Shown: piece after piece, positions 24,567 to 37,022 of the stretch
Layout: each line of letters opens with the position of its first letter
Position numbering within the stretch: position 1 is the first letter of the stretch
NCBI GenBank assembly: GCA_009103225.1
Contig: RHPI01002533.1
Span: 1,431,186-1,495,185, forward strand
From: Chlorokybus atmophyticus
Lineage: Eukaryota > Plantae > Mesostigma and Chlorokybus algae
Length of the DNA stretch: 64,000 nucleotides
Direction of reading: 5' to 3'
Notes under the pieces: generated by a model
Databases searched by the model: none
What the model was told of the DNA's origin: nothing
The model's input: the letters and a program-made list of their open reading frames with translations, nothing else
Position numbers and translations under genes: made by a program

Positions 24567-26494
24567 GCCTTTGCTAAAGTCAGCCAAATATTCGTTTATC
24601 TTCTCCTGTGGCTGGATGTCATTGGTGTCCTGCATAGGTGGAGGCAGTATGTGGTCATGCGCGTTGAGAAGAGCGTGCAGAAGGAAGCACAGATGTTCTT
24701 GCTGCAAGCACAGCTTGCGCGCACGAAGCGGCGGCGCATTCTGCTAGCTTGGCAGGTGAGTATCCACCAATACACTAGTGAGACCACATGGATGCGAATG
24801 ACACATACAACGTCCTCAACAGGATCGACACTGTACGCTGTCATTGAAGAGGCTGCTACTGGCACGCGCAATGCATCTCCGCCGCATGCAAGTTTTGTCC
24901 ACATGCATCAAGGCGTGGAGGCAGCTTGTACGTGTCCGGCAACGGAAGGCTAAGCAACTTGAAAAGGCATATGAGCATCGACGCCAAATTGTGCTGAAGA
25001 AAGGCCTGAGAGCTTGGCGCATGTTTGTTGAGCACCAGCAGGTACAGTACCAGTGAAGGTTTGCTTCCTGATTGTGTGATGCAGGGCGTGACTTGTCATC
25101 GTCGCGTGCGCAGAGCAAAAAGGCGTTGCTTGCAAAGGCGCTGCAACACTGGTCTTGGGCCCGACTGCGAGTATGTTTGCTTGTATGGCGTGCTCGCGTG
25201 GATGGCTGGAAGCAGAAGAAGCGGGAACTTGATGGGGCGCTGCAATTGCATACAGAGCGGTTGATAAAGTGCGCACGATGTCTGACTTTTGCTGGTTGCT
25301 CTGCTTTGTTGCGCATGGGCACTCTTGACATTTATTGCCTGGAACAGGCGAGGTGTTGCGCACTGGCTCAGCGTTGGCACGCGCCTTCGTCAGGCTCGGT
25401 TGCAGGTAAGTGATTCACCCAAGTACGCTGGCCTGATGGAAGGCTTCAAGATCAGCACGTACCGCTCTATGCAGGCGGCTCTGGAGCAACAGGCGTGGCA
25501 TACCATGGCAAGCCTGAAGCGCGCGGAGCCATTCGCACGCAAGTGGCGCTTTATCGTGCTTCAAAGAAGGCAGCAGCGGCGGTGAGCACTTGTTCAGCTG
25601 TGTTATATTTGCCATGTTTTAAAAGCACGACTCAGCATGCTAGCGGCATATCTACTGTGCAACGGCCGCTGTTGGTAGGTACCATGTGGCTTGCATTTAT
25701 GCCAATCTGCGTGTGTCAGGCCTTGGCCATACTCTCTTGATATTGGCGGCAGTGAAATTTGTCTGGACAACAAGCGGGAGACAAGCAGATATCCCTTCCA
25801 CGAGCAACCGCAGACTATGAACATTGCCTCCACATCAATACCCTATGCAGAAGCAATGAAGTCTCTGTCAAAGCTGACAAACGCAATCAAACCTTTGCCC
25901 AGCGCACGGCCGCCCGCGCGGCGACCAGCAATCCTGTATGATACAAACACCCCCAACATCCAACGCATTCCACTCCCACCTCCTGACATTGCCTCTCACC
26001 TCACTAAACTGCAGCAGCTGTCTCACACGCTCGCTGCTACAAGCACCCAGGCACCAATGCTTCCAAAAGCATCAGACCTCTCCACGCAGAGCGCACATTA
26101 CGAATTTAGGCCTGCGTTGGGCTACGAACAGCGCACAGTTGCCCATACTGCTGTGGAGTTTGCTACTCCCCAACATTTTGGTCAAGCCCGGCCAATGACC
26201 GTACAGAGGCTGTCTGCTGCTGGCAGTCAACCTTTTGCAGATGCAGCTAACACCGACCCCACAGTGGAGCTGGCAAGCATGGAGCATGCATTGCGCGCTT
26301 TTGAGGCGCTGAAAGCAGACCTTGCTGAGTGTCGAGCAGAGTTGCAGAGGGTTGGTGTCATTGGGGCGGACCCCATGCGCATGCAAAGGTTACAACAGCG
26401 AGCCGCCGCCCTGGAAGAGAGCAGGAAAGCACAGCTACCGGCAATCAGGGACATTGCTCTCCGGATACAGCAGCTGCGTGTACAGAGACTGTAG
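24567..26494 (+). pseudogene. 5'-truncated duplicate of the Sfi1-like gene 3' exons
   Basis: Identical to 35095-37022 but lacks all upstream exons. Confidence 0.7.
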
Positions 26495-28196
26495 TATACA
26501 CTGCAACTAGCATGTAGTGACTAAAACATTGGTGTTGCAACCAACGACAAATATTTCAGCGCAAGTAGTGGACTTAGGACAGTTACTGCGCTATAATTGT
26601 TTGTACAAACAATGAACAAGTAGTACGCCAGCATGCGAGTGTCACATATGCGCTCATGATTATGAGCTCCAAGAAAGCTTTGCGCAAGAAGACTTTGCAG
26701 GTTGCCTAGTGAGCCAACAGTGCAAGCCTATGCATAGCTCAGCAGGCAGATACTATGCCTGCTGAGCTATCTGCTTTGCCTAATAATAATCCGGACCCTC
26801 TACTCTACCCTATACCTGTACCACTGGACTTGGTCCAAGTCCAGGCGCTGAATAGGAAACCATGTTATGATAAAGGTGGTTACCTGTGCATGCACAGGTG
26901 GTCAGCATACTTGGATGCTGTGTAACTGTGTTATTCTATAAGCGAGGCAGCTTGTTTGTAGAATCTCTCAACAAGTGTTTGGTACATCATGAGTGCACTT
27001 GCAGCACTCCGCCCACACGACAGCCCCAGTTCATGTTCCAATGCCATGCGCTCATGCGGCCAATGTCACATAAAATCTCTACAAAGCTTGTGTGTCTCAT
27101 GGCACAACCATTTGGACGTGAATACGAACATGTGCAAGACACAAATCAGGCACACGTAACGCAGACGCGCATTGCGTGTGCCTGCTATGTGTCCTTCGCA
27201 ACAAGGCTTGTCAAACAGCATACCTCCAGGTGACAGTCATCAACACTAGTACATATGACTACCCTGTCAGACGTGGTGGTGCTCTTGGCCTGAGGCCTAT
27301 GCAACTGAGGCATGCTAGCGTGCACAATTGAGTTGTTGTGATGTGCATTTGCATTGTTGTTACGGTGGGCTTATATTGCTCGGTTAGCATTATGATTTTG
27401 ACACTGGGACCTTGTGACTGTTTGATATAATACGGAGCAAGAGAGCAAACATATGCGCAAAAAGCAAGCTGCATATACCCTTGCTTGCCATCAGAAGCCA
27501 CAAGCATATTCATGAGGTGCGTGGCCTCAACTCAGTACATCCTGGCTTGTTGTAAACAAAGCATGTGTGATGCCCAATTGCTTGGGACAGTATCAGATAA
27601 GACAAAAAGCCGGCTGTGCCACAGCTCGCTACAGGGCACTTTGTGCACAGTGATGCAGTGGACGTAGGGAGTACAGGGGCCTGGTCTGTCAATGAAGCTC
27701 TGCGACAAGTGGCTGCGCCCAGCATATAGCATGGGTCAGAAGAGATCAGCAATAAGGTCGCACACAGCAAACCCCACGTCAATGACAATCTCAAACAAAG
27801 CGCAGAAGTGAGGCACCTATGATGAAGTGTCATATTCAGAGCGGGGCCCTTCTAGCGGCATAATGACACAGAGCACTCAGACACCTTGACAAGATGAAAG
27901 GTCACAATGATGAAAAATGCTGCGTACCTTCATGTGACACGTGTGGCGACGTTTCAAAGCCTCCCCACTGAGATGGTCGGCAAGCTTTGCGAGCCACCTA
28001 ACCACCCAGCAAGCTCTGGTGTAGAAGAGTTCAGCATGTGCGTCTATCAGCGTCAACTTGTCACCGCCAAAACAACGTCACGCCTTGATGGTGCACAAGC
28101 TACAGTATGTCTCGCATGCTGTCGGCAATCCTCCATCTGTTGTTCTTCCGCTCAAAACACGCCTGCGCTGCGTCCACACCCATGATGCTGCCAGCC
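24567..28196. repeat. 3630-bp direct copy of 35095-38724 (Sfi1-like 3' half, intergenic DNA, end of LRR gene)
   Basis: Constant offset 10528. All listed ORFs are identical in both copies. The left edge coincides with the single N. Confidence 0.97.
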
Positions 28197-28423
28197 CTAT
28201 TATGGGGGTTGGGGGGGGACACTGTAAAAAGGGGGGGACTGTGATCGAGTAAATACAAAAATATTATGTATAGTTTGCACTTACGGTACATATATATTTA
28301 TATTATTATTGATTAAAATGCATATTATTGTATGTAGTCATCATTGCATATAGTAATCAAGATTATCATAAATAAAGTATATATCATTCGCATATTTTGA
28401 GCAGTTGCTTGACGTGGGGATGA

Positions 28424-28618
28424 GCTTTGGACGGTCGAGATTTGTTTTGTCAGATCGAATGGCCGATAGCTATTGCCGCCTAGCAATGAGAGGCAGGCGG
28501 GCCGCGCAGCCCGGCAGTCGCGGGTGCCGTATGTCACGGCCGTCATGCGTGGTGCGCGTGTGATGTGTCTTGTGCCCTAATGCCGGCCGGCCCAATCACA
28601 CGCCCAATCAGCCGCACC
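28424..28618. repeat. Dispersed GC-rich repeat, copy 2
   Basis: See 20128-20275. Confidence 0.8.
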
Positions 28619-28999
28619 GCTAGTTGCAGTCTGCTGATACTAAGCCATTGCATTGCTTTGATCCATTCAATAACGTTTGGGTTCAACAAGATATCTTGGT
28701 GTAGCTGCCAGTTATGATTCAATGGCACGCATAATGTTAATGTGTTAACGGTTGTAAAGTTCAACACGTGACATTAATCAACTTTTCAACTTGTCATCAA
28801 GCAGACTTTGTCACATGACATAAAGTGCAATTGGGAACATTTGTACATATATATATACATATATATGGATTATGGTTTCATAATGTGGCTATTATTATAA
28901 TATTGCTAATGACAAATGTACATATATTACCCAATTTCCTAAGGCTAAGTTTGCCTCTTTTTCAGTTGACTCTATAAAGCACATTCGATGAGCCCCCCC

Positions 29000-29279
29000 N
29001 NNNNNNNNNNNNNNNNNNNNNNNNNNNNNNNNNNNNNNNNNNNNNNNNNNNNNNNNNNNNNNNNNNNNNNNNNNNNNNNNNNNNNNNNNNNNNNNNNNNN
29101 NNNNNNNNNNNNNNNNNNNNNNNNNNNNNNNNNNNNNNNNNNNNNNNNNNNNNNNNNNNNNNNNNNNNNNNNNNNNNNNNNNNNNNNNNNNNNNNNNNNN
29201 NNNNNNNNNNNNNNNNNNNNNNNNNNNNNNNNNNNNNNNNNNNNNNNNNNNNNNNNNNNNNNNNNNNNNNNNNNNNNNN
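29000..29279. other. Assembly gap (N run)
   Basis: 280 N after poly-C. Confidence 0.99.
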
Positions 29280-29381
29280 GCGCATAAAGTGTTTGTGGTG
29301 CACGTTACATTGTGTGGTTGCTGTGCAAAAGAGGCGTAGGAGACTAAGCACATGTGTTAATGTTGCTCTTAGGATATGTGC

Positions 29382-29433
29382 TTTGGTGAACCTTTGCAGC
29401 ACATTAATAAATGTGCTACAAAGGTTCACCAAA
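29382..29433. repeat. 24-bp-stem inverted repeat (1 mismatch, 4-nt loop)
   Basis: TTTGGTGAACCTTTGCAGCACATT aata AATGTGCTACAAAGGTTCACCAAA. Confidence 0.9.
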
Positions 29434-30050
29434 TCAGCTGCCTACTATTGCACAAAATTGTCGTGCCCTTTTAGTGCCTTATATGGCACAATTACTCTAC
29501 TTGCTCCTTGTGTCGCTCCGCTGACGCTTATGCTACCTCTATTCATGGATTGTAAGTGGCACATTTGCATTGCACAAGAGTTATGCCATTGCGACAGAAA
29601 ACTTTCAATGAATATAAGGACCCCTTGCATGCAAACGCATCGATTGGGGCTGAATGGTGGTGGTGAATCAGATATGCACAAACATAATGGCAAGGCACCC
29701 GCGCAACAACGTGTTATTGTGGTGCTACTTGTTCTAATGCGGGTTTGATATGGCTGCTTGCAAGGCACTACACTTCCAACACGTGCACAGTTGTGTCCAA
29801 ACCTCTCGTGATGGCCCGGGCCAGCCCATGTAGCTTGTTGCTGCTGACATTTGATTGATGTGTTGAGCTGCTGGTCTATGTTATGTCACCACCAACTCAA
29901 CTATCTATGAAAGTGCATGCACATTTGTCTAGTCCTGGTGAGCTTACTTGATGGCTTGTAACCATGGTCGCTATATATGTTTCTGCATCCTAAGTTGATT
30001 CAACAGGAGCAGTGTTGTCAACGTGCGCCCTGCTGCATGTACCCGTGCTT

Positions 30051-31446
30051 TTATACGCCCCCGTGTGCGCGAGGATCTGCAGATGTTGCTTGCCTAACAA
30101 CAGGGCGTGAACTGAGCGAGGACTGCCTCCCAGCCAAGCGGTTGTAAGGCAGCTGCGTTTCCCCAGTCGCAAGTGCTTCGACATTTGCTTCCAAGACTGA
30201 CCGCGGCAACTTGCCAACAACCTCAGCGGCTTCTTTCCCTGCACGTAGATGCCATGTAGCTCAGTCGTGCATTGAAATACGCCGCTCATTTGTGCAGGTG
30301 TTTGCACCTACATGGTGACAGAAGTGCTTGTGCAAACGCTGCACCTACCTTGGTCGTTCAGGAACACAAAATGCGGGATACCATCAACGTTGTACTCGTC
30401 CATCTCAGGAGTCCACTTGGGGTTGTCTATGTTAAGCATGACGAAGTTGACCTGCAAACTGCAAGATGAGATTGACAGCTCGCAGTACAACCAAGCACAT
30501 GCGTAACAACTGTGCAAGGTGCGAAATTTGCGTGCAAGGTGCGAAATTTGCATGCAACCGCATGCACAATGCCAGCGCATACAAGTCTGGCCCTCCAATA
30601 CAAGTCTACATGCTTGAGTTGCACGACAAACGCATGCATGTCGTACCTTATCTGCCCAAGACTTCTCAACTCTGTATACTTCAGGGGCGAGCTCCTTGCA
30701 GGCCTCGCACCAGTCAGCGTAAAACTCCACAACAGTTGGCCTGCCATTCTGCACCATGCATGCATACAATAGTCAGTGCCGTCAGTGCATGTGACATGTG
30801 CTTAGTTACAAGTAGTAGTGCAGTCACGGGCACTGCGCAAAGCAAGCAGACACTCCGTGCAGAGTGCGTACAGTGTCAAGACCACAGCTCTAGTTATAGC
30901 ACGTTGCGGTGAAGCCATGGCCTGCTGTAATCTGCCAGAATGCATGCATGCCCACCTGGAGGGCGACGTCAAAGGGAACGGCGCTGGCGGCGAGCGTGGC
31001 GAGAGTGGGGCCGCCCCCCAGAACCCTGATTGTGGCGAAAGCGGCAACGGCGAAGCCAGCGGCGGCGCCCGCTATGAGCTTTCCCGGGGGCGCTCCGCCC
31101 CCTGACGAGGAGGACGCAGGTTGAGCTGCCGATGGCACAGCAGGCTCAACCTGGCTAGGTGAGGAGGACGTGGCCTGGTCCTGTTGTTGCAGCGTGCGTG
31201 AGCTGCAATGCAACAATCTACCAGATTGTAGCGCTCTCCTTCACTAGCTCTTACCTCGTTGGAAGATGAGGCACGGGTCGGGTAGCATTGTCGCCGCCTC
31301 CGCCCTGTGCTTAAGGGCAATGGTCTGCTGCTGCTGAAACTGGATTGCTGCTTGCATTGCGCTGGCGCCGAAGCGCTCTGCGGCGCGGCGAGCTTGAGCG
31401 ACAGAGGCATGGCTAGCGACACCCCGCACAGCCAGGACAACGCCAT
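30051..31446 (-). CDS. HCF164: Thylakoid thioredoxin-like protein HCF164
   Basis: Transit peptide MALSWLCG..., TM segment, NGRPTVVEFYADWCEACKELAP, VNFVMLNIDNPKW..VDGIPHFVFL, VVGKLPRSVLEANVEALA..LPY, C-terminal DPRAHG. Confidence 0.93.
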
Positions 31447-31580
31447 CGCTAGCCTGACCACACACCGCCGACGCCGACGCTCACGCAGGAGCGAATGCCA
31501 CGTCGCCGGTGACGTTGGGCTGGAGAATTTTGAATTACTTGAATTAGGGTTGTTTGCTTTGCGCAGTGCAGGCAGAATGC

Positions 31581-34500
31581 ATGAGGGCCAGGCGGGACGG
31601 CCAGGCTGCGGCGGCAGTGGGGGCGGCGGGGGCGAAGGAGGAGCGCCCCGCTGCTCCGCTGCCCCCCCGAGTCCCTGCCACCGCCGGCGTCGACTTCGCG
31701 GAGCGCAACCGCCGGAGGGTCGCTGAGGCTTCCGCCAAAAACGCCTACCTGGTCCGTTGGTTGGTTGTCTTGCGAATATCACAGTGAGATCTACCTATGA
31801 CGGGGTGTTCTTTTCCATGGAACTCGCCTGCTGCCCACAACATTGCAATGTGAGTTGAATGTAGCAAGTGCAGCGTCTTGGCACACAGTGCGCACTTAAC
31901 TCTGCCTCGAGCACTTGTTATACCTCGACAAGTAATCAACACTTGTTGTCTTTGGAGCTGCGTTCTGCGCAGCACACTTGTGTGGTTGTTGCACTCACAG
32001 CTTTACCCGTCATACACTAGCATGTAGTGAATTGATATTGCTCTTGTGCTAGTGTGGCTTAAACAGACGCACATCATCTGTGTTGCGTGCTATCAGTTCC
32101 AGCTTACATGCGAAGTTAGCGTATGGTTGCAGTGTAGCAGCCGTTTCAACCCCTATTGCCCGCTCGCAGCGCGGCTTGCAAGCCGAGGCCACTGGGGCGT
32201 ATGCGGAGTTCCTCATTCCGGAGCGCGATGAACAAAGTGCCACACAGAGAGCGACAGCTGGCCAGCAGCAATGTGCGTGCACACAGCCTGCAAAGCAACA
32301 ACTTGCCATTATGTTCTTACACCATCGTGCCACGCAGATGCTGCAACCATGGCCTGGCCCCCCTCGCCCATGCTTCCGTGGGGCCTGTCGGTGCCAGTGG
32401 CGGCCTCCGGCATCAAGGGAGCAGCGGCCGCGCGCTACCAACCTTCTGCCGCGGTGCTGACGGCAACCGCTGCAGCTGCGCCGCTTGCCATTGTGGGTGT
32501 GGCAGCCAGCGCAGCACTTGCGCTCGAGCAGCAACGCAGGTAAGGGTGGCTGTTTACACCTCCTGTCTATCTGTCGCGTCGGGATAGTACAATCTGGTGG
32601 TACTTGTCATCTACATGCCTTTTTTCTGTTTGCAGAGCGCGTCGCAGGCACAGGAAGCGGCTCGCTAGGATTGTCGTGGACCAATGGCTGCACGTTGCAC
32701 GTGAGGTGAGGGATGCCTCAACAGTAGTTTGGACACAGTTTGCAGGCGACTGACAGCAAACGTATCCCGGCAGCGTCTGCAAGCGCTACAGGCTCGGCGA
32801 TGGCGCGAGCATCGCTTATTGAGGTATGCACGGTTGCTGTCCTTGCGAACGAGAGACCTCTGGTGTTGTGAAGAGATTTCAATCACTTTCTCTGTCTCTC
32901 TGCAGTGTTGCCCTTGCCAGCTGGTGCCATTCAGTGCCGCTGCATCGCCGCTCAAACGCAGCCAAACGCATCGCAGTGCTGCACCGCCGACACGTGGCGC
33001 TTGCCGCCTGCTTTGACACGTGGCGCCGCTGGACTGCGCGCCAACAGGCCTTTCGCAACGCAACCAATGCACTCCGGCATGCTGGTGACTGGTGCAAGTC
33101 ACGCTTGCAAGATGTACTGTAATGCATCATTCATTGTTGCATTGGTCGCAGTTGCAAAGAGTCTCTACAAGCGCGCGTTGCATGCGTGGTGTCAATACTT
33201 GCGCCAACACATGTCGCGGCGCCAGCTGGTGGTGACGGCGGCGTGCTATGTGCAACTGGCAAGGCTGTCGCGTGCGTTTGCACTGTGGCGCGAAGGCGTG
33301 GCCGCGCGCCGGCGCAGCATTGTAAACACGCAGAAAGCCATCAGGCATCGTGGGCAAGTCTTGCTGCGCGCTGCGCTCGGGAGATGGAAAACCTTCGCTC
33401 ATGCCAGACGTGCTCGGCACTCAGCCAATAAACTGGCTCAGGACTTGCTCAAGTGGAAGCGCTTCGCTAAAGCCATGCGCGCATGGAAAGAGGGCGTGGA
33501 AGTCCTTAAGATGCGACGCAGCCTCATTGGTAGCCTCATTGGTTGCAACTGTCTTCAGAGTTCATGCTTTTACCATGCCAATTCGTTTTTGTGCACATGT
33601 GACTATTGCAGAGGAGGTGGACAGCAGGCAGCGCAAGCAATGCCTTGTGCGTAGCTGGAAGCGATGGCGCCATGCCATCAGTGTTCAGCGCGCGTCTCGC
33701 GCACAGAAAGCACAAGCACTTGCGCATGCTGTGCTGGTGCTGCGGAGGTTGCGCCTACGCCAATGCTTGCTTGGTTGGAAGCGGGGTGCGTATAGCACTT
33801 TACACATTTTTTTGTCGCTGCATGCAGAAAGCTGAGCGCTGTCTTCGGTGTGCAGCTGTGCAGTGGACACATGCAAAGCGTGCCCACTTGGACAAAGTTC
33901 GCGCCCACAAGCGGCGCCACCTGCTGGTAAGCGTATGCATGCATAACTTCTGGCAAAGTCAACTGCGACACTCGTCACGTGTTGGGAAAGTTGTCATTCT
34001 CATGCCTTGTTCTTGTCACAGAGGAGGGCACTCTATGTGCTGCGCGAGCACGCGCATTGGCGAGTTGCATTAGCCATTGCATATAATGCCTGCAAAGCAA
34101 TTCGCGCTCAGGCGGTATGTCAAACTTTCAATCTCTGTACTTCGCTGTTGTGCACTGTAGTTGCCCTGTAGTTGCAATGTTGCATTTAATCCGCTCCTGC
34201 TGCTCACACTTTCAAGTGACCAGCTTCTTCGGCGTGCTTGGAGACATTGGTTGAAGTCTGATGGCAAGGAGCAGCAAGAAAATGAGGTTGGAAACTGCAT
34301 GCCTTTGTCACTAGTCAAATAATAATATGTAAGATCACTTGTGGTCATGCTCTTCACGTGCTTCTTTGCTTGCAGCGGCGCTCTGGCTCAGCGCCCATGC
34401 GAACATCCGGGAGTTGTGTGTCATACACGTACAGCAACCCGTACTTTGAAGCGCTGGATTTTCGCTGCTTCTGGCTTAGGCATCGGGCACTGCTCGCTTG

Positions 34501-37022
34501 GCAGCATTCCAGAGCCCTGCACCAAATTGCTCTCCAACGCCTGGTAGATAAATTGGTGCACGTTGGATTGCAGTTGGATGGATGAATTAACTGACTCATC
34601 CAGCCACTCCTAAGTGAATCTTTTGTAACATTGGCAGGCTTTGGTGCCCGGATGGAGGCGGAGGTACCTGTTACGTGAGGCGTTTCATGCTTGGCGTGCA
34701 CATACGGAGTACAAGACTCGCCTTGCAAAGCAGCACAGGTGTGCTGTGCGGTTCTACTACATCAAGACAACCTCTCGTTGTCTGCATGCACTGCGCCGCT
34801 ACGTGGATGTGAGACGCGCCAAGGCTGAGCGCTACGCCCATGCACGCCAGTGCCGGCACCGTTGGGTGTCGAGGAAGGCTTTCAACCACTGGAGAACAGA
34901 GTACCTCCCGGCAGCAATATGCCGACAGCGGCAGCGTGATGTTGCCGCCGGGCATTGGCGACATCGAGTCCTACAAAGAAGTGTTGGGCACTGGCGAGTG
35001 CTGGCTGCCAGCTGGGCAGTCAAGCGCGCCAAACATGACAGAGCCCGCAGACACTTTCAATGCCGTCTGCTGTGGCAAACGTGGCTGAGGTAAGGCCTTT
35101 GCTAAAGTCAGCCAAATATTCGTTTATCTTCTCCTGTGGCTGGATGTCATTGGTGTCCTGCATAGGTGGAGGCAGTATGTGGTCATGCGCGTTGAGAAGA
35201 GCGTGCAGAAGGAAGCACAGATGTTCTTGCTGCAAGCACAGCTTGCGCGCACGAAGCGGCGGCGCATTCTGCTAGCTTGGCAGGTGAGTATCCACCAATA
35301 CACTAGTGAGACCACATGGATGCGAATGACACATACAACGTCCTCAACAGGATCGACACTGTACGCTGTCATTGAAGAGGCTGCTACTGGCACGCGCAAT
35401 GCATCTCCGCCGCATGCAAGTTTTGTCCACATGCATCAAGGCGTGGAGGCAGCTTGTACGTGTCCGGCAACGGAAGGCTAAGCAACTTGAAAAGGCATAT
35501 GAGCATCGACGCCAAATTGTGCTGAAGAAAGGCCTGAGAGCTTGGCGCATGTTTGTTGAGCACCAGCAGGTACAGTACCAGTGAAGGTTTGCTTCCTGAT
35601 TGTGTGATGCAGGGCGTGACTTGTCATCGTCGCGTGCGCAGAGCAAAAAGGCGTTGCTTGCAAAGGCGCTGCAACACTGGTCTTGGGCCCGACTGCGAGT
35701 ATGTTTGCTTGTATGGCGTGCTCGCGTGGATGGCTGGAAGCAGAAGAAGCGGGAACTTGATGGGGCGCTGCAATTGCATACAGAGCGGTTGATAAAGTGC
35801 GCACGATGTCTGACTTTTGCTGGTTGCTCTGCTTTGTTGCGCATGGGCACTCTTGACATTTATTGCCTGGAACAGGCGAGGTGTTGCGCACTGGCTCAGC
35901 GTTGGCACGCGCCTTCGTCAGGCTCGGTTGCAGGTAAGTGATTCACCCAAGTACGCTGGCCTGATGGAAGGCTTCAAGATCAGCACGTACCGCTCTATGC
36001 AGGCGGCTCTGGAGCAACAGGCGTGGCATACCATGGCAAGCCTGAAGCGCGCGGAGCCATTCGCACGCAAGTGGCGCTTTATCGTGCTTCAAAGAAGGCA
36101 GCAGCGGCGGTGAGCACTTGTTCAGCTGTGTTATATTTGCCATGTTTTAAAAGCACGACTCAGCATGCTAGCGGCATATCTACTGTGCAACGGCCGCTGT
36201 TGGTAGGTACCATGTGGCTTGCATTTATGCCAATCTGCGTGTGTCAGGCCTTGGCCATACTCTCTTGATATTGGCGGCAGTGAAATTTGTCTGGACAACA
36301 AGCGGGAGACAAGCAGATATCCCTTCCACGAGCAACCGCAGACTATGAACATTGCCTCCACATCAATACCCTATGCAGAAGCAATGAAGTCTCTGTCAAA
36401 GCTGACAAACGCAATCAAACCTTTGCCCAGCGCACGGCCGCCCGCGCGGCGACCAGCAATCCTGTATGATACAAACACCCCCAACATCCAACGCATTCCA
36501 CTCCCACCTCCTGACATTGCCTCTCACCTCACTAAACTGCAGCAGCTGTCTCACACGCTCGCTGCTACAAGCACCCAGGCACCAATGCTTCCAAAAGCAT
36601 CAGACCTCTCCACGCAGAGCGCACATTACGAATTTAGGCCTGCGTTGGGCTACGAACAGCGCACAGTTGCCCATACTGCTGTGGAGTTTGCTACTCCCCA
36701 ACATTTTGGTCAAGCCCGGCCAATGACCGTACAGAGGCTGTCTGCTGCTGGCAGTCAACCTTTTGCAGATGCAGCTAACACCGACCCCACAGTGGAGCTG
36801 GCAAGCATGGAGCATGCATTGCGCGCTTTTGAGGCGCTGAAAGCAGACCTTGCTGAGTGTCGAGCAGAGTTGCAGAGGGTTGGTGTCATTGGGGCGGACC
36901 CCATGCGCATGCAAAGGTTACAACAGCGAGCCGCCGCCCTGGAAGAGAGCAGGAAAGCACAGCTACCGGCAATCAGGGACATTGCTCTCCGGATACAGCA
37001 GCTGCGTGTACAGAGACTGTAG
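31581..37022 (+). CDS. SFI1: Sfi1-like centrin-binding protein (multi-exon)
   Basis: Many Trp-periodic Sfi1-type repeats (LSRAFALWRE, LLRAALGRWKTF, LLREAFHAWRAH, LLAKALQHWS), an RPPARRP motif and a C-terminal coiled coil. The 5' end is inferred. Confidence 0.75.

Larger units (their letters stand above)
20578..28258 (-). mobile_element. pogo/Tc2-like DNA transposon delimited by 28-bp imperfect TIRs, with nested inserts
   Basis: Left end TA|CCGTATTTACCCGATTACTGTCCCCCCC (20578-20605). The right end 28231-28258 matches its reverse complement at 23/28. AT-rich tracts flank both ends. Confidence 0.6.

Noticed and set aside
28895-29432. ORFs spanning the second N gap
   Set aside because: Open only because N codons contain no stops.
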